Positions 49,133-58,206 of a DNA stretch of 64,000 bases are shown in pieces. Source of the stretch: Deferribacterales bacterium (GTDB lineage Bacteria > Chrysiogenota > Deferribacteres > Deferribacterales > Geovibrionaceae); contig JBFWLW010000001.1 of NCBI GenBank assembly GCA_050251945.1, positions 352,001 to 416,000 of the forward strand, read 5' to 3'. The notes beneath the pieces were generated by a model. It was not told where the DNA came from, ran no database searches, and worked only from the letters and a program-made list of their open reading frames with translations. The first letter of the stretch is position 1, and each line of letters begins with the position of its first letter. The position numbers and the translations under genes were made by a program.

Positions 49133-50353
49133 ATGAGACTTTTTTTAATATTATCATTATTTTTAGCTTTACTGTCAGCAGGATGCGGCGGAGGAAGCTC
49201 AAGTTCCAAAAGCGGGGATGTGGATTCAAACAACGCACCCGAGATATCCGGCACTTCGGTTACGTTTTTTAAAGCCGGAAACGCCTACACATTCACACCG
49301 TCCGCATACGATGCCGACGATGACGAACTTGTTTTCAGTATTTCCAATAAGCCTGACTGGGCAGCCTTTGACACGACAACAGGTACTTTGTCCGGCACAA
49401 CAACAAAAGGGTTTTACAGAAATATAATCATATCCGTTTCAGACGGTACAGATACCACTTCACTTGCCGCTTTTGAAATAGCCGCACCGGAACTGCTTCT
49501 GCTTAAGACCGGACAGACAGGCTGCTGGAATGCGGCAGGCACATCCGTTACTTGCACCGGAACCAATCAGGATGGTGAAATGCAGATAGGTGCCGATGCA
49601 GATTTCACAGCAAATACATCTGACAGTACGGTAACCGACAACGTAAACGGTTTAATATGGCATAATGAAGCCTCTCCTACAGCGCAAACATACTCCACCG
49701 CAAGCTACCTTTGCGAAAATTCAACTCTGGGAAGCAACTCATGGAGACTTCCTGATATAAGCGAACTTGAAATGATTGTTAATTACGGTAAATCATCTTC
49801 TCCTTATCTTTACGACTCATTTACGAACTACGTTTCAAGCTCTTATTGGACTTCAAGAGAATCTTACGGAACCGGAAGTACGTATTTCTGGATACTAAAC
49901 TTCGGAACCGGAGTACAGAATACAGACGTTCAGGACAATTCAAACTATTACAGATGCATAAGCGGAGAAACTTCTGCACTGGGTACTTATACCCGTGATT
50001 CTTCCAACGGAATAGTTTATGACGAAAGAACTGGGCTGGAATGGGCTGATCAATCGCTGGTTTCAAAAACATGGACTGACGCTCTGACATACTGCAGCGA
50101 TCTTTCATACGGCGGATACTCAGACTGGAGACTCCCTAACGTTAAAGAACTCAATTCAATAGCTTACAGAGCAAATTCATCACCGGCATTAAGCTCTGTT
50201 TTCCAATACCCTGCTAATAGTTTCTTCTGGTCATCCACAACGTACCAGATCACTAAAACGTCTGCATGGGGAGTTGATTTTTCAACAGGAAAAGGAATGA
50301 CTGCCACCAAGACCGGAAGCAACTATCTTAAATGCGTACGGGGCGGAGAATAA
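49133..50353 (+). CDS. Lipoprotein with Ig-like (He_PIG) and two DUF1566 domains
   Basis: LSAGC lipobox; KPDWA.FD..TG.LSGT; KTGQ..C; 2x WRLP...EL, YW.S, CVR. Confidence 0.85.
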   Translation: MRLFLILSLFLALLSAGCGGGSSSSKSGDVDSNNAPEISGTSVTFFKAGNAYTFTPSAYDADDDELVFSISNKPDWAAFDTTTGTLSGTTTKGFYRNIIISVSDGTDTTSLAAFEIAAPELLLLKTGQTGCWNAAGTSVTCTGTNQDGEMQIGADADFTANTSDSTVTDNVNGLIWHNEASPTAQTYSTASYLCENSTLGSNSWRLPDISELEMIVNYGKSSSPYLYDSFTNYVSSSYWTSRESYGTGSTYFWILNFGTGVQNTDVQDNSNYYRCISGETSALGTYTRDSSNGIVYDERTGLEWADQSLVSKTWTDALTYCSDLSYGGYSDWRLPNVKELNSIAYRANSSPALSSVFQYPANSFFWSSTTYQITKTSAWGVDFSTGKGMTATKTGSNYLKCVRGGE

Positions 50354-50392
50354 AAAAACACCTCCCAAACATCAGTAAATAGACCTGTAGGA

Positions 50393-50426
50393 GAAACAGC
50401 CGCAGTGATTATTCTGCGGCTGTTTC
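50393..50426. terminator. Hairpin between the convergent DUF1566 gene and fabF
   Basis: GAAACAGCCGCAG-N8-CTGCGGCTGTTTC perfect stem. Confidence 0.7.
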
Positions 50427-50432
50427 GTCAGT

Positions 50433-51704
50433 TCAGCCTTTATATTTTTCAAATGCAGCAATGGCGCAATGTCCTCCGAAACCGAAAGTATTGCTCATTG
50501 CCACGTTCACAGTCTTCTTTTTCGCCTTGCCAAGGGTAAGGTCGATACCTTTATGAATCTCGTCTCCGACATTCTCGGTGTTTATAGTAGGCGGGATTAT
50601 GTCCTCTTTAACAGCCATAACGCATATAAGAGATTCTATAGCACCTGCAGCGCCCAGAAGGTGTCCTGTCATTGATTTGGTTGCGCTGACGGAAAGGTGT
50701 TTCGGGTCTTCGCCGAAAAGCCTTACAATGGATTTTATCTCGCTGTCATCACCAACAGGGGTTGATGTAGCGTGCATGTTGATATAATCAACCTGCTCCA
50801 CGGTTATGCCAGCATCATCAAGAGCGTTTTTCATAGCGAGATATCCGCCGAGACCTTCGGGATGAGTCGCCGTCAGATGATATGCGTCCGCGCCGAAACC
50901 TGCGCCTATCATTTCCGCATATATTTTCGCACCCCTTGCTTTGGCGTGTTCATACTCTTCAAGGATAAGTCCTGCGGCACCCTCACCCATTACAAATCCG
51001 TCTCTGTCTTTGTCAAACGGGCGGGAAGCTTTTTCAGGATCGTCGTTCCTCTCGGAAAGAGCCTTCATTGCGCTGAAACCGCCTACGGAGGATTCACAGA
51101 TGGCACCCTCAGCACCGCCTGCAACTATGATATCAGCTATGCCCAGCCTGATGTAGTTGAATGCGTCGGCAACAGCGTTGGTTGATGATGCGCATGCAGA
51201 GACAGGGCAAAAATTTATGCCGTGAAGTCCGAAACGGATAGATATATGTCCCGCAGCTATATCGGTGATTATCTTAGGAACAAGAAAGGGCGAAAAGCGC
51301 GGTTTGCCTCTATGCTGTGCATAGTCGAGCATCTGCTCATCCATTGTGGGCATACCGCCTACGCTGGAGGACCAGATGACACCGGCACGGTTTCTGTCAA
51401 ACTCTGCCGTGTCAAGACCTGCGTCTCTGAAAGCCTCGTCAGCGGCAGCTATGCTGTACTGTGCGAACAGATCAAGTCTGCGCACTTCTTTGGCGTCGAA
51501 ATACTTCAGCGGGTCAAACCCTTTAACTTCGCATGCAAATCGCGTTTTGAATCCGGACGCGTCGAACTTTGTTATAGGTCCGGCTCCGCTTACTCCGTTC
51601 ACAAGATTTTTCCATGTATCGGCAACGGTATTGCCCAGCGGAGTGAGAGCGCCAAGACCAGTAACAACTACTCTTTTCAGTGTAATGGTTTTCTGTTTCG
51701 CCAT
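50433..51704 (-). CDS. fabF: Beta-ketoacyl-ACP synthase II
   Basis: RVVVTGLG, SACASS, GFVMGEG, INMHATST, KSMTGHLLGAAG, SNTFGFGG. Confidence 0.95.
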   Translation of the reverse strand: MAKQKTITLKRVVVTGLGALTPLGNTVADTWKNLVNGVSGAGPITKFDASGFKTRFACEVKGFDPLKYFDAKEVRRLDLFAQYSIAAADEAFRDAGLDTAEFDRNRAGVIWSSSVGGMPTMDEQMLDYAQHRGKPRFSPFLVPKIITDIAAGHISIRFGLHGINFCPVSACASSTNAVADAFNYIRLGIADIIVAGGAEGAICESSVGGFSAMKALSERNDDPEKASRPFDKDRDGFVMGEGAAGLILEEYEHAKARGAKIYAEMIGAGFGADAYHLTATHPEGLGGYLAMKNALDDAGITVEQVDYINMHATSTPVGDDSEIKSIVRLFGEDPKHLSVSATKSMTGHLLGAAGAIESLICVMAVKEDIIPPTINTENVGDEIHKGIDLTLGKAKKKTVNVAMSNTFGFGGHCAIAAFEKYKG

Positions 51705-51705
51705 A

Positions 51706-52131
51706 TCATTTCCTCTTATTTCTGTTTTTTACTTTATCTGTAAGCAGTTTCACAGCATCCACGCCGTCACTGCCGAACATATTGCATACTATTTTCTGAG
51801 CCTTCTCCCATTGAGGGCGCGCGCTAAGAATAAGTTCTCTTCCGGCTTCGGTTATTTCAACATTTTCTTCATCTGTCTTATTTACCCAGCCGTGTCTCTC
51901 CATACGGTCTATATTTCTGCTGACAGTGGATTTATCCATCTGCAAAGACCTCCCCAGTGCGCCTCCGCTGCGGCTTCCATATGCAAGAAGATGCACCAGA
52001 ATTGATGCCTGAGTAATTTTCAAACCACTGCTTCTAAGCTCACGGTCATATATACCAATGACCACTCTGCTTACTATTTTAATCTGTCCGGCAAGACATT
52101 GCTTCGCAATTTCCAAAGCTATTTCGTCCAT
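51706..52131 (-). CDS. MarR-family regulator
   Basis: CL....R.....YD..L...GL...Q..IL, MDKSTVSRN...M...GW, ITEAG; start 52131 with GGAG SD. Confidence 0.85.
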   Translation of the reverse strand: MDEIALEIAKQCLAGQIKIVSRVVIGIYDRELRSSGLKITQASILVHLLAYGSRSGGALGRSLQMDKSTVSRNIDRMERHGWVNKTDEENVEITEAGRELILSARPQWEKAQKIVCNMFGSDGVDAVKLLTDKVKNRNKRK

Positions 52132-52141
52132 TTCGTCTCCG

Positions 52142-52157
52142 TGTTGTATATGCAACA
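52142..52157. promoter_or_regulatory. Putative MarR operator
   Basis: TGTTGTATATGCAACA near-palindrome just upstream of the marR SD. Confidence 0.65.
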
Positions 52158-52227
52158 TATAAGCTGCTAAACTAAAAGTCAATATGGAAAAGAAAAAACG
52201 GTTAATTATAAGGATATTAAAAGAAAG

Positions 52228-52255
52228 AAGACCGCAGAAAATATTCTACGGTCTT
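52228..52255 (-). terminator. Terminator after the Crp-family gene
   Basis: AAGACCGCAGAA...TTCTACGGTCTT stem with T-rich tail on the minus strand. Confidence 0.65.
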
Positions 52256-52272
52256 GCAGATTAAGACAGCTT

Positions 52273-53022
52273 TTAAACACACTTAAGAACAGGTTTGCCA
52301 ATCACTTTTTCATCATTTCTGTCAGATTCGATCCAGTCATAAAGTCTGTCCAGCAAATCTTTGCTGATATATCTGCACCTGTTCTCGTTCTTGTAATAGC
52401 CTTCATTTTTCATATCAAGCAGAATCCTGTTTATGGTCAGAGGAGTTGTGTAAATCACCTGAGCTATTTCATAGTGAGTCAGTTTGACCGGGATCTTGTA
52501 CCATCCGTTTTCCTCTTCCGCTTCGCACCTGACAACAAGCCCCTTGAAAAGACACAAAAGTCTGTCCCTGGGGGTACGTGCCACAATATTGGCAAACCCT
52601 TCGAGGTCAGACTCCATATCGTACATAAGATTGTATATCATGGTCTTGTTGAATGAATTATTTGAAAACATATATTCCCATACGGTATCGTGCGGAACCT
52701 CAAGAAGAACGCTGTCCCTCATAACAGTTGTCGATACGTAACAATCCCTGTTGGACATAAAGAACGTGTCACCTATCATGGAATAAGGCAGAATGATACT
52801 TATAGCCTTGTCTTTGCTTGTGTTTTGAAGCTGGAAATGTGCGCAGTATTTCTGTACCATACCGTTTATCAGTAAGCTGAGATAAGGATAAAATTCTTTG
52901 CCTACAAAGATATTTTCTCCTTTTTTGTAATTCCTCAATTTCCCGAATTTCATGAAGAATTTTTTAACAGGTTCGTCAACCTTTGGTCTGATCCAAGGAA
53001 TCCCGTAGTAACGAAGCCTCAT
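52273..53022 (-). CDS. Crp/Fnr-family regulator
   Basis: cNMP-like domain (YKKGENIF) and C-terminal HTH LTHYEIAQVIYTTPLTINRIL. Confidence 0.85.
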   Translation of the reverse strand: MRLRYYGIPWIRPKVDEPVKKFFMKFGKLRNYKKGENIFVGKEFYPYLSLLINGMVQKYCAHFQLQNTSKDKAISIILPYSMIGDTFFMSNRDCYVSTTVMRDSVLLEVPHDTVWEYMFSNNSFNKTMIYNLMYDMESDLEGFANIVARTPRDRLLCLFKGLVVRCEAEEENGWYKIPVKLTHYEIAQVIYTTPLTINRILLDMKNEGYYKNENRCRYISKDLLDRLYDWIESDRNDEKVIGKPVLKCV

Positions 53023-53112
53023 AATGCAACCTCCAAAATACGTTGCCTGAAAACAAGTCGTAACTATTTATAGCATAATTCGAAATTCATTTTCAGTTTT
53101 AGACAGTGTTTG

Positions 53113-53182
53113 TATATCACCGGATATATACATTCCACGCCGCTGATGCGCTTATTAATCCATTCTTATATCACATGATATA
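53113..53182. promoter_or_regulatory. Two TATATC-N4-GATATA palindromic sites
   Basis: 53113-53128 and 53167-53182, 54 bp apart, between the divergent crp and reductase genes. Confidence 0.7.
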
Positions 53183-53297
53183 CCAAATAGCCGTATCTGA
53201 TTGTTAATGCGCTTATAAAAGTTAGACTTGGTTATGCAGGCAAATGGCAAATGTCTCAAAGCTATTTTTTTGAGGAATTATTCCTAAAGGAGTTGTT

Positions 53298-54806
53298 ATG
53301 AAAAGAATTTTCTCAGTTCTCGCAGTCCTCATTATTTCCGTATGTAACGTTTTTGCCGCGGAAAAAATCTATAATGTGGACGTATGCGTAGTCGGAGCAG
53401 GAGCAGGCGGCACTACAGCGGCTGTTTCCGCACAGGAAGCGGGGTTTAAAACTATCCTGCTTGAAAAAATGCCGTTCACAGGCGGTGCAGGTAACTTTAT
53501 GGAGGGTTCTTTCGCTGCAGAAAGCTTTATGCAGAAAAAAGAGAAGATACCGCTGACAAAAGAACAGGCATTTAACAACATCATGAAGTATCACCATTGG
53601 ATATCCAATGCCGAGCTTACAAAATCTTTCGTCGATGAATCGGCTGAAACGATCCAATGGGTATGGGATCACGGTGTTCATTACAAAGAAGTAAAAAGCG
53701 CATTCAAAGACAACCCTGTTAAAACATGGCACATCTATCCAACAGCTGGCGCTTATTTCATCAGAAACATGGTGAATACTTTCCTTGACGAAGGCGGCAC
53801 TCTTCTTCTGGAAACACCCGGCAAACAGCTTCTTTTTGATAAAGACGGCAAAATCACAGGTGTTCTTGCAGAAAACTACAAAGGTGAAACAGTACAGATC
53901 AACGCAAAATACGTCATATTGGCAACCGGAGGCTACGCAAACAACATTCCTATGATAGTTCAATACGGCGGTCCCGAATCAGTTCCCACAGGTCCTGACG
54001 GACGTATGGGCGACGGTATCAAAATGGCTATGAGCGCCGGCGCGGCTCTTGACAACATGGGACCTCTTGAAGTTAACGGTGCAATGCTTATTTCTCCCGG
54101 AGAAGCAATATGCAACGGCAACAACGCAGAACTTCGCGCGATGTTCCGCCAGTCTCTTCTTTATGTTAACGCCAAAGGGGAACGTTTCTTCAACGAACAG
54201 GAGACAATCGACTGGCCCATGGCGAGCAATGCAATCGGTCGTCAGGGTAAATACACCTACGTTGTATTCGACGCCGATACCCTTAAAGAATTCCAGACAA
54301 CAGGATATCTGAACCCCTGCGGGAACTGGATCAAACGCGGGCAGCCGATGAAACGATTTGACGAACTCTTCCCGCAGAACGTTGAAAAAGGTTACGCTTT
54401 CCAAGGCGCAACCCTTGAAGAAGTGGCAAAAAAGGCCGGAATGGATCCCGAAACGCTGAAAAAAACTGCCGTAGCCATCACAAAAAATGCTGAAACAGGT
54501 TACGACGCACAATTCGGCAAAGATAAACGCTTCATCCGCGCTGTTGCAAAAGGACCTTTTTATGTTCTGAAAGGTCAGATACACCACCTCACTACACTCG
54601 GAGGTGCAAAAGTTAACGGTCACCTTGAGGTTATCAGCAAAGAAGGCAACATCATTCCCGGGCTTTATGCCATCGGACATGATGCTGGCGGTCTTTACGG
54701 TGATTCCTATGACCTGACGATCGGTGAAGGTACATCCAGTGCATTTGCCATCAACGGCGGAAGGATAGCAGTTAAAGACATCATCCAAAAATCAAGTAGC
54801 AAATAG
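53298..54806 (+). CDS. Periplasmic FAD-dependent oxidoreductase (flavocytochrome c flavin subunit)
   Basis: Signal peptide; VVGAGAGG, LEK, ILATGGY, GDG.KMA..AGA, VN.KGERFFNE, IPGLYA.G. Confidence 0.9.
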   Translation: MKRIFSVLAVLIISVCNVFAAEKIYNVDVCVVGAGAGGTTAAVSAQEAGFKTILLEKMPFTGGAGNFMEGSFAAESFMQKKEKIPLTKEQAFNNIMKYHHWISNAELTKSFVDESAETIQWVWDHGVHYKEVKSAFKDNPVKTWHIYPTAGAYFIRNMVNTFLDEGGTLLLETPGKQLLFDKDGKITGVLAENYKGETVQINAKYVILATGGYANNIPMIVQYGGPESVPTGPDGRMGDGIKMAMSAGAALDNMGPLEVNGAMLISPGEAICNGNNAELRAMFRQSLLYVNAKGERFFNEQETIDWPMASNAIGRQGKYTYVVFDADTLKEFQTTGYLNPCGNWIKRGQPMKRFDELFPQNVEKGYAFQGATLEEVAKKAGMDPETLKKTAVAITKNAETGYDAQFGKDKRFIRAVAKGPFYVLKGQIHHLTTLGGAKVNGHLEVISKEGNIIPGLYAIGHDAGGLYGDSYDLTIGEGTSSAFAINGGRIAVKDIIQKSSSK

Positions 54807-54823
54807 GCATATCTGGAGGAATC

Positions 54824-55207
54824 ATGAGAATCAATCTTATTGTGTTAACTATAGCAGCTCTGGCAGCATTATGCCTTAATGCTTTTGCGTCAGAAACATA
54901 CACATACAATCTTAAAAAGCACCATGAGGGAGCAGGGCTTTCGTGTGCAGACTGTCACAAGACCGCACAGCCTGCTGTTGCGGCAGAAGCAGAAACATGC
55001 ACCTCATGCCACGCAGATATGCGTAAAAATGGAAAAGTCGTTTCTCTTTTTGAAAAACGCACCCAGAGAACAATTGAAATAAACCCTCATGCAGCTCACG
55101 CAGGTCCTATCCGCTGTACACAATGCCACAGCGAGCATAAAGAATCAAAACTGCTCTGTAACACCGGATGTCACCAACACCACACGTGGACAGTCCTGGT
55201 TCCTTAA
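54824..55207 (+). CDS. Small tetraheme cytochrome c3-like (flavocytochrome heme subunit)
   Basis: CADCH, CTSCH, NPH..H, CTQCH, CNTGCH. Confidence 0.88.
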   Translation: MRINLIVLTIAALAALCLNAFASETYTYNLKKHHEGAGLSCADCHKTAQPAVAAEAETCTSCHADMRKNGKVVSLFEKRTQRTIEINPHAAHAGPIRCTQCHSEHKESKLLCNTGCHQHHTWTVLVP

Positions 55208-55217
55208 ACATCTCATT

Positions 55218-55247
55218 ATGACCGGAGGCAGTTTCACCTCCGGTCAT
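55218..55247 (+). other. Intra-operon hairpin between cytochrome and porin genes
   Basis: ATGACCGGAGG-N8-CCTCCGGTCAT. Confidence 0.6.
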
Positions 55248-55272
55248 GTTTAAAATTTACAAGGACGATAAA

Positions 55273-56505
55273 ATGAGAATATTTTCAGTTTTTACAATAT
55301 TGCTGTCGCTGGTTATGTGTTCTGCTGCTTATGCTGCTGACAACATACAGGAAGCTTTTGCACAGGGATCATTAAAAGCAGAGCTGCGAACTTTTTATTT
55401 TACACGCAATTTTGACGAATCAGATACCAGAGAGGATTTCGCGGCCGGTACTCTTTTCTATTATAAAACAGCTCCGCTACACGGTCTCAGTGCAGGTTTA
55501 AGCTTCGCAACATCAAATAAGATTACGGATAATGACGACAATACGGTATACGGTCTTTTGGCAAAAAGTGACAGCGGACAGCACAAAAATTATGCAAAAT
55601 TTCAGGAATATTACATTCAGGGCGACTGGTTTGATACCAAAATCAAATACGGCGCACAGGAGCTTTACACCCCTTTCGCAAACACGCATGACATACGCAT
55701 GACCCCGAAAACATACAGAGGTCTGTCAGTGGTCAATAACAGCCTGAAAGGGCTTACTCTGTCCGGTTATTATCTGAACGGCTACCGTGGATGGGCAGAT
55801 GAGGAATTTACCGATATGACAAGCTCAGCAGGCGCGACGGAAGGAAGCGACAGCGGGCTTTTCATCGGAGGATTAGGATACGACCTTCCTTTCGGATATG
55901 CAAAAACCAACGTACAGCTTTGGCAATATCATCTGGACGACGTGGCGAACATGACCTATGCGAAAATAAGCGTCGCCAAAAAGATAGGGGACTTTCAATT
56001 GAGCTTTAACCCCATGTATCTCCGTCAGAACTCCGCAGGAAACGAATATGCCGGTGATATTGATTCCGTTCAGTACGGTTTTAATACAGGCGTTACGGCA
56101 TATGGCGTAAATCTCACCCTTTATCACGCCAGAACGCGCAACGGAAACGTTTTCGCACCATGGGGCGATGAAAAAGTTATTGTTCAGCAGATACTCGCAT
56201 CCGACAGAAAAGATGAAAATGCGTACGGTTGCAAGCTCGGTTACAACTTCAAAGCTCTCGGACTTGAAGGACTTGACGCTTACGTTTACCGGAGTTTCTA
56301 TGACACGCCAGATTCCGGCTCAAATGCAACATCCGACATCACGGAAACAGACTTCAGTGTTCAGTATTCGTTCTCTGAAACATCATCTCTGAAAGGTCTC
56401 AGCCTCAGAGCAAGATACGCAATTGTTGACGAAGACACCGCCGAGGATTTTAACGATTTCAGATTCTATCTGAAATACCAGCTTGCTTTCGGCGGAATAG
56501 AGTAA
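55273..56505 (+). CDS. OprD-family outer membrane porin
   Basis: Signal peptide, ELRTFYF.R, GAQEL.TP....D.RM.P..Y.G, LSLRARYA, DFRFYLKY. Confidence 0.8.
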   Translation: MRIFSVFTILLSLVMCSAAYAADNIQEAFAQGSLKAELRTFYFTRNFDESDTREDFAAGTLFYYKTAPLHGLSAGLSFATSNKITDNDDNTVYGLLAKSDSGQHKNYAKFQEYYIQGDWFDTKIKYGAQELYTPFANTHDIRMTPKTYRGLSVVNNSLKGLTLSGYYLNGYRGWADEEFTDMTSSAGATEGSDSGLFIGGLGYDLPFGYAKTNVQLWQYHLDDVANMTYAKISVAKKIGDFQLSFNPMYLRQNSAGNEYAGDIDSVQYGFNTGVTAYGVNLTLYHARTRNGNVFAPWGDEKVIVQQILASDRKDENAYGCKLGYNFKALGLEGLDAYVYRSFYDTPDSGSNATSDITETDFSVQYSFSETSSLKGLSLRARYAIVDEDTAEDFNDFRFYLKYQLAFGGIE

Positions 56506-56530
56506 AACCTCATTAATTTCCAGTACCTGA

Positions 56531-56562
56531 AAGACCGGATACTTTTTACAGTATCCGGTCTT
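56531..56562 (+). other. Hairpin between porin and MFS genes
   Basis: AAGACCGGATACT-N6-AGTATCCGGTCTT. Confidence 0.6.
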
Positions 56563-56584
56563 AAAAAACTTATCCGGAGCGGAT

Positions 56585-57775
56585 ATGAAAAACAGACATT
56601 TATTTCAAAAACTCTTTATTCTGAATTTCACACTCACTCTGGGTTTCGGCATGTTCGATCCTTTCTTTTCAGTATATATAGTCAGTCTCGGCATAAAAGC
56701 CTCACTGCTTGGTATCCCTGCTGGCATATATGCACTTTCCAAAATTTTTTTGAGTGTCCCTATGGGCAAACTTTCCGACAGATTCCCACAGAAATACATA
56801 GCTGTTTCTGCAGTGGGACTATACTGCATCACGGCATTCGGTTACATGACCACGGAAAATATTGCAACTATATGCGTATTAAGACTTGTTCAGGGAGTGG
56901 CAGCTTCTCTTCTGCGCCCTGTTATGCTCGTATACCTTAACGAATTATCTGACAAGGACAGGATATCATCCGTTAACGGAACATTTGATATCTCATTTTA
57001 CAGCGCTCTTGGGATAGGTCCATTCATTGGCGGACTGATAAGAGAATACTCAGGGTTTCATGGCTTGATATCCGCGATGGCGATATTATGCATCATATCT
57101 TTTATATTTGGCATAAACCTGCCTGAAAGGCATTGTAAAAAGGCAGCAGACTCAGAAAAGCAGGAATCCGCCATCATAACTCCGACGATAGCAGCATTAA
57201 TGATATTTATATTTGGCAGAGCCTGTAATATATCTGCTGCATGCGTATTCATACCTTTATTCGCAGAAAAGAAATTACAGCTTGGAAGTTTGCAGTCGGG
57301 TCTGATTATGGGGGCATCAACCATCTCAATGGTATTTTGTCTGAAGCTATTCGGCAGAATGGGAGATGTCGCTTCAAAGATATCGCTTATAACTGTCGGC
57401 GGTGTGGTTTCTTCTGTTTTTCTTGCTATGATACCGCTCTGCGGTGACTTCATACAAACATTTAATCTTTATGCCACTATAGGGGTTTTCGGCGCAATGT
57501 CTCAGCCATCAAGTGTGGCCTTGTTGCTCAACGAAAGCAGGAAATGCGGCATAGGTAGTTCAGCAGGTTATTTCAACCTTTCCCTTAATTCAGGCATGGC
57601 GTCAGGACCCGTCATCGGCGCATTTATTCTGTCGATAGGAGATATCAATACTGTTTTTGTTGTGGTTGGAGCGATTGGAATAATGACTTCTGTGGTATTT
57701 ATAACCCTGTCATCCATGCAAACATCAAACATTATGATCTATTTTAAAAAAATCGTCAAATATCCGACAGATTGA
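56585..57775 (+). CDS. MFS transporter
   Basis: GKLSDRF, LRLVQG, GP.IGG; about 12 TM. Confidence 0.88.
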   Translation: MKNRHLFQKLFILNFTLTLGFGMFDPFFSVYIVSLGIKASLLGIPAGIYALSKIFLSVPMGKLSDRFPQKYIAVSAVGLYCITAFGYMTTENIATICVLRLVQGVAASLLRPVMLVYLNELSDKDRISSVNGTFDISFYSALGIGPFIGGLIREYSGFHGLISAMAILCIISFIFGINLPERHCKKAADSEKQESAIITPTIAALMIFIFGRACNISAACVFIPLFAEKKLQLGSLQSGLIMGASTISMVFCLKLFGRMGDVASKISLITVGGVVSSVFLAMIPLCGDFIQTFNLYATIGVFGAMSQPSSVALLLNESRKCGIGSSAGYFNLSLNSGMASGPVIGAFILSIGDINTVFVVVGAIGIMTSVVFITLSSMQTSNIMIYFKKIVKYPTD

Positions 57776-57810
57776 ACCCGAAACAAGTTCGGGCAATCCT
57801 GTCATTAAAT

Positions 57811-57845
57811 AAAAAAGGCACCAGCCAAACGGCTGATGCCTTTTT
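57811..57845. terminator. Bidirectional terminator between the MFS gene and the tRNA
   Basis: AAAAAAGGCA(C)CAGCC-AAAC-GGCTG(A)TGCCTTTTT. Confidence 0.75.
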
Positions 57846-57849
57846 CAAA

Positions 57850-57923
57850 TCGGGATGACAGGATTTGAACCTGCGACCACACCCACCCCAAGGGTGTACG
57901 CTACCAGTCTGCGCTACATCCCG
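57850..57923 (-). tRNA. tRNA-Pro(GGG), CCA not encoded
   Basis: CGGGATG/CATCCCG acceptor stem, CACCC-TTGGGGT-GGGTG anticodon arm, GGTTCAAATCC T-arm. Confidence 0.95.
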
Positions 57924-58048
57924 CAACTGCCCCGTTTTATCGGGAGTTCAGTTTATACCAAACGCCAAAGGGTAAGTCAACAATTTTCTTACATAGATTA
58001 AAAAGAAAAAAACCAATCATCTAAGAGTGTTTTGCGGATGGTTTTGTG

Positions 58049-58170
58049 TTGACGGAATCATTAAAACGCATATTATATAGCCCATGAACTTCGCGTTCAA
58101 AATTCCGTAAGCGTTAACGTAAACCAACGCACTATTATGCCTGAATAAGGCTTAAGAAGTGCGTTTTTTT
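58049..58170 (+). promoter_or_regulatory. Promoter, leaderless uORF (MNFAFKIP, 58084-58110) and attenuator terminator
   Basis: TTGACG-N16-TATTAT; ATG 8 nt later; AACGCACT...AGTGCGTT followed by a T-run. Confidence 0.65.
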
Positions 58171-58206
58171 ATGCCTTCTGAGCCTATTTCAGGTTTTGGA
58201 GGTTTC

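Noticed and set aside
57795..57865. 11-bp inverted copy of the tRNA-Pro 3' region (AATCCTGTCAT) as an att site for an island at 47-57 kb
   Set aside because: It is inverted and short; I found no direct repeat of the tRNA 3' end and no integrase, so the island boundary is unsupported
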